The notes under the pieces were generated by a model. It was not told the DNA's origin. It ran no database searches and worked only from the letters and a program-made list of their open reading frames with translations. A stretch of DNA of 64,000 bases from Corallochytrium limacisporum Hawaii (taxonomy: Eukaryota > Protista > Pluriformea), in the NCBI GenBank assembly GCA_002811645.1, contig PDIP01000016.1:124001-188000 (forward strand), in the 5' to 3' direction. The first letter of the stretch is position 1. The number at the start of each line of letters is the position of its first letter. Below are positions 58,428 to 64,000 of this stretch, piece by piece. The position numbers and the translations under genes are program-made.

Positions 58428-59399
58428 ATGACTGCCGGCGCTGCTGGTGATAATCCGGAGGTCGAAACCTCCGCACCCATGAATGGGCAGGCTCCATCTC
58501 CCCCATTTGAGAGCCCGGGCAAGCCATTCGCGCATCCGCATAGCCACGATGATGTGCTTGAAGCAGCGGATTATCTCAAGTCGAAGGTCCAGGGGTTCGT
58601 CCCCCAACTGGGTGTCGTCCTGGGTAGTGGACTGGGCCCCTTTGCCGAACAGATCCGCGACCCCATCCGCATCGAGTACAAAGACATTCCGCACTACCCA
58701 GTGTCTACGGTACTGGGTCACCAGGGTCAGTGCATTTTTGGCTACATTGGCGAGACCCGGGTCATGTGCTACAAGGGCCGCAGTCACTACTACGAAGGCT
58801 ACGACATGTCCCAACTGGCCCTACCGGTACGTGTCATGAAACAGATGGGTGTGCAGATCTTGCTGGTGACCAATGCTTCGGGTGCTTTGAATCCGAACTA
58901 CGCTGCCGGAGACATCATCCGAATCAGCGACCACCTTAATCTGCCGGGCATGATGGGAGTGAACCCGTTGATCGGTAAGCACGACCCGCAGTGGGGCGCT
59001 CGTTTCGTGAACACAACCGAGGCCTACAATAAACACTTGGGCGGAATCATGGACGAATGTGCAAAGGAATGCGAAATTACGGACATCTACCGTACGGGAG
59101 GGGTCTACTGCTATCTCACCGGTCCAACGTATGAGAGCCGGGCCGAGGCCAGGCTGCTGCGTGGTTTTGGGGGCGACTGCGTGGGCATGAGCACTGTGCC
59201 CGAAGTGATCGTCGCGCACCAGTCAGGTATCCGTGTTGTGACGCTCAGTCTGGCAACTAACGAAGTGCAACACGATGAAAACGATAACTCACCAGAGGTG
59301 ACCCACCAAGACGTGATCAAGATGGGCGAGGAGCGGAGCCATGTAATGATGAGGTTAGTGGAGCGCTTTGTTCACAAGGCTGGCGCGGAGATGGTATGA
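58428..59399 (+). CDS. PNP: Purine nucleoside phosphorylase (trimeric type)
   Basis: ATG at 58428 (caacaATG). GVVLGSGLG, GRSHYYEG, VTNASG, DHLN, GPTYES, VGMSTVPE, SLATN. Confidence 0.95.
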   Translation: MTAGAAGDNPEVETSAPMNGQAPSPPFESPGKPFAHPHSHDDVLEAADYLKSKVQGFVPQLGVVLGSGLGPFAEQIRDPIRIEYKDIPHYPVSTVLGHQGQCIFGYIGETRVMCYKGRSHYYEGYDMSQLALPVRVMKQMGVQILLVTNASGALNPNYAAGDIIRISDHLNLPGMMGVNPLIGKHDPQWGARFVNTTEAYNKHLGGIMDECAKECEITDIYRTGGVYCYLTGPTYESRAEARLLRGFGGDCVGMSTVPEVIVAHQSGIRVVTLSLATNEVQHDENDNSPEVTHQDVIKMGEERSHVMMRLVERFVHKAGAEMV

Positions 59400-59562
59400 A
59401 GTTTACCACATGAATCAGCGCTGAGAGAATCGCAAGGTTGCCAATAATGGACATTCCGAACTAAGGTATTGTATTTCATTAGCCAAAGGTAATGGTAAGT
59501 GTTTGAATAAACAGTCAGAGACAGACATAGCCGTACGCGCACGACGTCATGACGCCAATTCT

Positions 59563-61125
59563 TTACAGTTCATCGCTGCCGTGGGGAGCAGCATGATATG
59601 GTGCGCTCTGCGCCTGATATACCTGCAAGAGGAACGCGATGCCAAGTCCCAACGCAGACCCAAGCACGGCAGTGAGCAGGTATAGTCCCCAAATAATCAC
59701 AATGCCAGGTTTACCTGTGTTGAACCAGTGCCGACGTTCACAGTAACCGAGGATCTGTGGCAAGATTTCAGCGGAGAAAGGTGTGACCCGCTTCAATATT
59801 AACGCCTTCTCAGAGTGGTCTTTCTTCTCATTCTGAAGGTCTTCATTTGTCACATACGGTCGTGGCCTGCTAAATCGACAGACCCAACTCACTGACACAG
59901 GCGGGTCGAAGCGCAAGATCGGCCCACCCATATACTGGATCTGTTCAAGAATGTGCATCCACGTCAGGGCCTTGCGTGTCGTCCACGCCGGGTTGATCGC
60001 AACATTACTGTAGCCCAGTCCAGATGCTAGAGAGCACAACACTTTCGTTGCACTTGCCAGCTCGCCAGGCACAGCATGGATGGTAACGCTTTGGGCCGAT
60101 GATGTCGTGGCCGCCTTTACACCGGCTAAGATCAGTCCATCAATTGCGTCCTGGACGGCGCAAAAGAAGACCTGATCTCCAGTTTCGCCATGTCGTCCCT
60201 GACCATCACTGTTTCCGTACATAGACGGTTGTACCAGGAGCCAATCAAAGAGTCCGGCCTCCAGACGCTTGACCAGGAAGCGTACTGTCTGTTCTTCGCC
60301 CATACCCATAATAGTGCCAGTGCGTACAACCGTCGCGGACTGGAGTGACGAGTTCAGCAGCCGATCTTCGGCTTGGATGAGCATGCTGTGGCAGAAATCA
60401 ACCGCCACTCTGCCACTGCATTCCATTTGGGACACATCAATCCTTGCATCTGCTGCTGCAAAACATCTCCGTTCAATTTCAAAGGAATTCGTTTCGGGCT
60501 CCAGTACTGGTACTGGCGAAACGCCATCCAAGGTCCTCAGCACGTCCAAACTGGACAACATTACCATGTGCCCCACCCCGTTGTGCTTACACGCCTCGAT
60601 CAAATCTTCTGTGCTCAAAAGTACCGCCCGCTCCGTCTCTCTGCGGTCCATTTGCGCGCTGAATGTCTTGCAGTCTTGGTTTGGGTGCAGGACGACGACC
60701 TGGTTACCACTGCGACCCCGCATTGCGGCCCGGAAGACCGGATCGAGTTCTGATTGACCGAATCCCAATTTTGCTCGCAGGTACGTGTACCGCACAGCAT
60801 CCTCGGCCTTTGTACCCAACAGCCGTGGAGGATCCATCTCCACATCGAAAGCCACTACCTTACCGGCCTTGTGGTTCAGCAGAACACTGCAGATCATGCG
60901 ACCCATGTAAGAAGAGCCCTCGCTCACCACAAACGCCAGCTCCGGCAGAGCCTTGAGCACCTTTGGATCACTCAGAGAAAAGCCGAAATGTTTTAATACA
61001 ATTTCATGCTCTTCCTGGCAATCTCCAAGTTCCAGCTTAGGTAAATCTTCCGGGAACAATTGATCGCGTTGCTCCCCGTTCAATGGTCCACGACCCTTGG
61101 CCGGAGACTCTGCTTTCATTGGCAT
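59563..61125 (-). CDS. Degenerate extended SDR (3beta-HSD/NSDHL/SDR42E1-like) with C-terminal membrane anchor
   Basis: Rossmann start FVVSEGSSYMGRMICSVLL..VVAFD, then TEDLIEACKHNGVGHMVMLSSLDV, VVRTGTIMGMGE and VQDAIDGLILAG, with a C-terminal hydrophobic segment. Confidence 0.65.
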   Translation of the reverse strand: MPMKAESPAKGRGPLNGEQRDQLFPEDLPKLELGDCQEEHEIVLKHFGFSLSDPKVLKALPELAFVVSEGSSYMGRMICSVLLNHKAGKVVAFDVEMDPPRLLGTKAEDAVRYTYLRAKLGFGQSELDPVFRAAMRGRSGNQVVVLHPNQDCKTFSAQMDRRETERAVLLSTEDLIEACKHNGVGHMVMLSSLDVLRTLDGVSPVPVLEPETNSFEIERRCFAAADARIDVSQMECSGRVAVDFCHSMLIQAEDRLLNSSLQSATVVRTGTIMGMGEEQTVRFLVKRLEAGLFDWLLVQPSMYGNSDGQGRHGETGDQVFFCAVQDAIDGLILAGVKAATTSSAQSVTIHAVPGELASATKVLCSLASGLGYSNVAINPAWTTRKALTWMHILEQIQYMGGPILRFDPPVSVSWVCRFSRPRPYVTNEDLQNEKKDHSEKALILKRVTPFSAEILPQILGYCERRHWFNTGKPGIVIIWGLYLLTAVLGSALGLGIAFLLQVYQAQSAPYHAAPHGSDEL

Positions 61126-62082
61126 GTTTTTCTATGTCTCGGTGATTTCCTCGTATCCGTTACCCCCAGCTCACTGATCACATAGTATTACAAAGTAGTT
61201 ATCGGATCCAGACCACACGGCGTGAGAAGCCGGTCAGAAACCTCCACATAGCTCTGCGGGTCTCGTCTCTGAAATAGGGCGCCCGTCCTCCCAACGAGTC
61301 GTCCGGACTCGGTCGGTTTCCACAGTGAGACGCGGGGCACTAAGGAGAGCGAGAGGGAGACTCCGAAGAAAAAGCCAGCTATTGGCTCCGGCCCGTCCCC
61401 ATAGCCAATCTATCGAATTGTTGACCAACCTCCTATGCAAATCCCCTCCGCGACAAGAATCTAATCCGTGTCGGTTCCCAGTCAGTAGTGTGATGCCATG
61501 GGTTCAAAAAAATCAAAGGCGAGGCCTATAGAAAAGCGAAGCCAAATTCTTCCAACCCTTGCCTCAGTACATCAACTACCAATTCGCGCAGAGACCAGGG
61601 GGATTCGCATATCACCAACTCAGGGGACCCTTGGACCGCTGAAAGAGGAGGGTTTCCCATATAGAGAGCCACGTCGGTGGTGGGAATCCCCCCCGGGGGT
61701 GGGGTTGGGGAGGGCAGATCCAGCCTGGATAGTCGACTGCTCTGCCGTGGCCCGGGGAAAACAGCCAAGTCCGCTTCGAGCTGAATACTTGGCAGGCGCA
61801 TTTTAGTTGCGGTGAATGAGTGTGAAACGACTCTAAAGTTGGCTTATGTGTCACGAATGACAAACTATTTGAGAATGGAGTGCAAGACGAATGAATGAAA
61901 ATGCTATTTGTCGTCGGGAGCATAGTTCACGGGACAGTAGCCATTCGCATCTTAAACAAAGAAAAAGGCATACGAAGTACAGGGACAGTCTTGCGATGTA
62001 TATGAATTCGTGAAAGTAGGCACGTGACACAGACTTTGGGTGAAAATTAGATCTGTCATCCACTTATATACCTGAAGCAACC

Positions 62083-63129
62083 ATGGCACGGCTACGTCGT
62101 GCTATTATCAAGTCTTACTCCGTTGAGCAGCAGCCTAAAAAGCATGTTGTATACAAAATCGAATGTGCCGACAGCGACGGGACAACCTGGACAGTCTTCC
62201 GGCGGTACAGCGACTTTGTTAATTTGGACACAGTGTTAAAACGAAAGTACGATCTCCCACAGTTGCCTCCGAAGCGGCTCTTTGGGAATTTTGACGAGGA
62301 ACATATTGAACAGAGGTGGAGTGCTCTAGAGGGTTACCTTCAGCACCTTGTGCACTCTGTCGATGGTCTAAGCGGAGAACCAGTGGTACAGCGGTTCCTG
62401 GAACTCGTGCAAGACGATTACCTCAGCAATATGGGACAGAAGCACAGAAGTGAAAAGGGTGGACCATTCGTGTGGAAAGATATGTGGCAAGAGGCTGAGA
62501 ACGACTGTCTCAACGCACAGCAAATGCTCAGCAGTCGCCAGCAAGCGATCAGTCAGGGCAGAGATCCGCAGGTGTCAATTGTGGATGTTAAGGTGGCTTT
62601 GGGAACTATTGATGAGAAACTTGAACAGCTCCGTAATGCTATTGATCGCGACACAGATGGGAGCCAGGTGGCCCAGAGCGAAATTCAGCGGCGCGAAGGC
62701 AAGATGCAACAGATTCGTGACTACAAAGAGCAGATAAACCGTATGCTCAACAAGAGCACACATATGAGCAAAGAACGGAACGACCTGCTTGGAAGCACTA
62801 CTGAGCAGCGGTCCCTGGGAGGTGCCGGAAGGAGCAAATCGTCTGGAGGCAGGGCCTGGGGTGCAGCTGCACTTCAACCGCGGGACACCACCGATCTGTC
62901 AGACCGACAGGTCGTCGACATGCAACGGGAAACTATGCAGGAGCAAGACCAGCAGCTTGATGTGTTGCTCGACTCCGTCAGGAAACAAAAGCACATCGCC
63001 ACGTCGATTGGTACCGAATTGGATGAACAAAATCGCATGCTGGATGATCTGAACGCACGAACGGAACAGACCAGCTCAAGACTGAATCGGGTGACCGGTC
63101 AGGTCGACTATCTGCGCAAGCATGGATAG
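62083..63129 (+). CDS. VAM7: PX-domain + Qc-SNARE protein without transmembrane anchor (Vam7 architecture)
   Basis: PX domain: HVVYKI...WTVFRRYSDF..L...LPQLPPK...EQRWSALEGYL. Qc SNARE: MQEQDQQLDVL..SVRKQKHIATSIGTELDEQNRMLDDL. The stop follows the SNARE helix directly. Confidence 0.8.
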   Translation: MARLRRAIIKSYSVEQQPKKHVVYKIECADSDGTTWTVFRRYSDFVNLDTVLKRKYDLPQLPPKRLFGNFDEEHIEQRWSALEGYLQHLVHSVDGLSGEPVVQRFLELVQDDYLSNMGQKHRSEKGGPFVWKDMWQEAENDCLNAQQMLSSRQQAISQGRDPQVSIVDVKVALGTIDEKLEQLRNAIDRDTDGSQVAQSEIQRREGKMQQIRDYKEQINRMLNKSTHMSKERNDLLGSTTEQRSLGGAGRSKSSGGRAWGAAALQPRDTTDLSDRQVVDMQRETMQEQDQQLDVLLDSVRKQKHIATSIGTELDEQNRMLDDLNARTEQTSSRLNRVTGQVDYLRKHG

Positions 63130-63249
63130 AGGAACTCAGAATTGTAGAAGCAGAGATAAAACTTGTCTTAGTAGCTAACTGCAACCTTTGAAAATTTAAA
63201 AAATGCTATTCTGTTTTCTTTGTGCTATAATATTTGTGATTCAGTAGTG

Positions 63250-63513
63250 TCAATCATCGTCATCCTCATAGACGAATACTTCCGTCTCCTCCAGGAAGGA
63301 GCAAACGACTGCGGCGGTTTCAGCGCCTGTGTAGAGTCCAACACCGAGGACGAGAATGACCATGGGGAGATCGAAATTAATACCACCCCGGGGCAGCTCA
63401 GGATTGCGGTTAAAGGTGGCTAGATTCATTGGTCGTCCGAAAGCATTCCGAACTGCATGCTGCCGACTGGCATGGTTGAGGGTACGGGATGCTACCTGGC
63501 GAAGAAGTGACAT
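63250..63513 (-). CDS. SMDT1: Essential MCU regulator (EMRE), mitochondrial calcium uniporter subunit
   Basis: 87 aa with a basic presequence, a single TM (LPMVILVLGVGLYTGAETA) and the tail FLEETEVFVYEDDDD, which matches EMRE LLEEHDIFVPEDDDDDD. Confidence 0.85.
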   Translation of the reverse strand: MSLLRQVASRTLNHASRQHAVRNAFGRPMNLATFNRNPELPRGGINFDLPMVILVLGVGLYTGAETAAVVCSFLEETEVFVYEDDDD

Positions 63514-64000
63514 GTTCCGGTACTATGTTCTATTCTATAAGACGATACCTTTGGCCCTTGATCTTCACAAATTCCTCTTAATTTCCACTGTTGAACGAAT
63601 GGTTTCCTATAAAGTGTACTCGCCCAATATTGGCAGTGAAACAGATAAACAGGCAGCGTCAAGATCTCCCTCTTGCTTCCTACACTGAGCAAGAGTAAAA
63701 TTCGATGTGTACATAATTAAGCACACTCTGAAGTAGATCAATCTTCGAGTATTTGTGCGACCCGGGCCCTCAGTCTAACCCCATTAACCGTGGCAAGGCC
63801 AGTGGCCACAAACTCGGTACATCCCTTAAAGGAATCGTTTCGCACTGGCTTTGCAAAGGTCACGGAACGGCTCCGAACCCAATTGCCTGGGAGTGTTCCT
63901 TTTCGGCGCCCAATAATTCTGTCCAACCGCGCGATCTTCGATCCGTACGGACAGCAACGGAAACTGGTAGTGAAGGAGCCGAGTGGGGACGAGGCAAGCG

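Noticed and set aside
61441-61480. tRNA-like T-arm fragments (also near 35080 and 53630)
   Set aside because: No T-stem pairing or cloverleaf could be built.

Overview
Eukaryotic nuclear DNA (standard code, Kozak-like starts, five N-gaps) with 19 supported protein-coding genes, all apparently intronless: PH/RasGEF (5'-partial), a probable mitochondrial protein, a C2 protein, COG3, MOCS2B/MoaE, ERCC6L2, fungal-type Pkc1, a GT8 glycosyltransferase, an ATP7-type Cu-ATPase, two microbial rhodopsins, DDX28, a CBM25-PARG-like fusion, organellar GluRS, an ABCG half-transporter, PNP, a degenerate 3beta-HSD-like SDR, a PX-Qc SNARE (Vam7 architecture) and EMRE. Animal-type genes (EMRE, ERCC6L2, DDX28) beside fungal-type architectures (Pkc1, Vam7), with no introns, suggest an intron-poor unicellular opisthokont, possibly a Corallochytrium-like holozoan (inference, not searched). 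The best candidates for something new are (1) a starch/glycogen-binding CBM25 module fused to a PARG fold with a remodelled active site and (2) a head-to-head pair of bacteriorhodopsin-like DTD proton pumps. Also notable are a 12-nt MoaE-COG3 junction and two palindromic motif arrays in a 9-kb gene-free interval. I found no convincing tRNA, rRNA, CRISPR array or intact mobile element. All family assignments come from motif recognition by eye.
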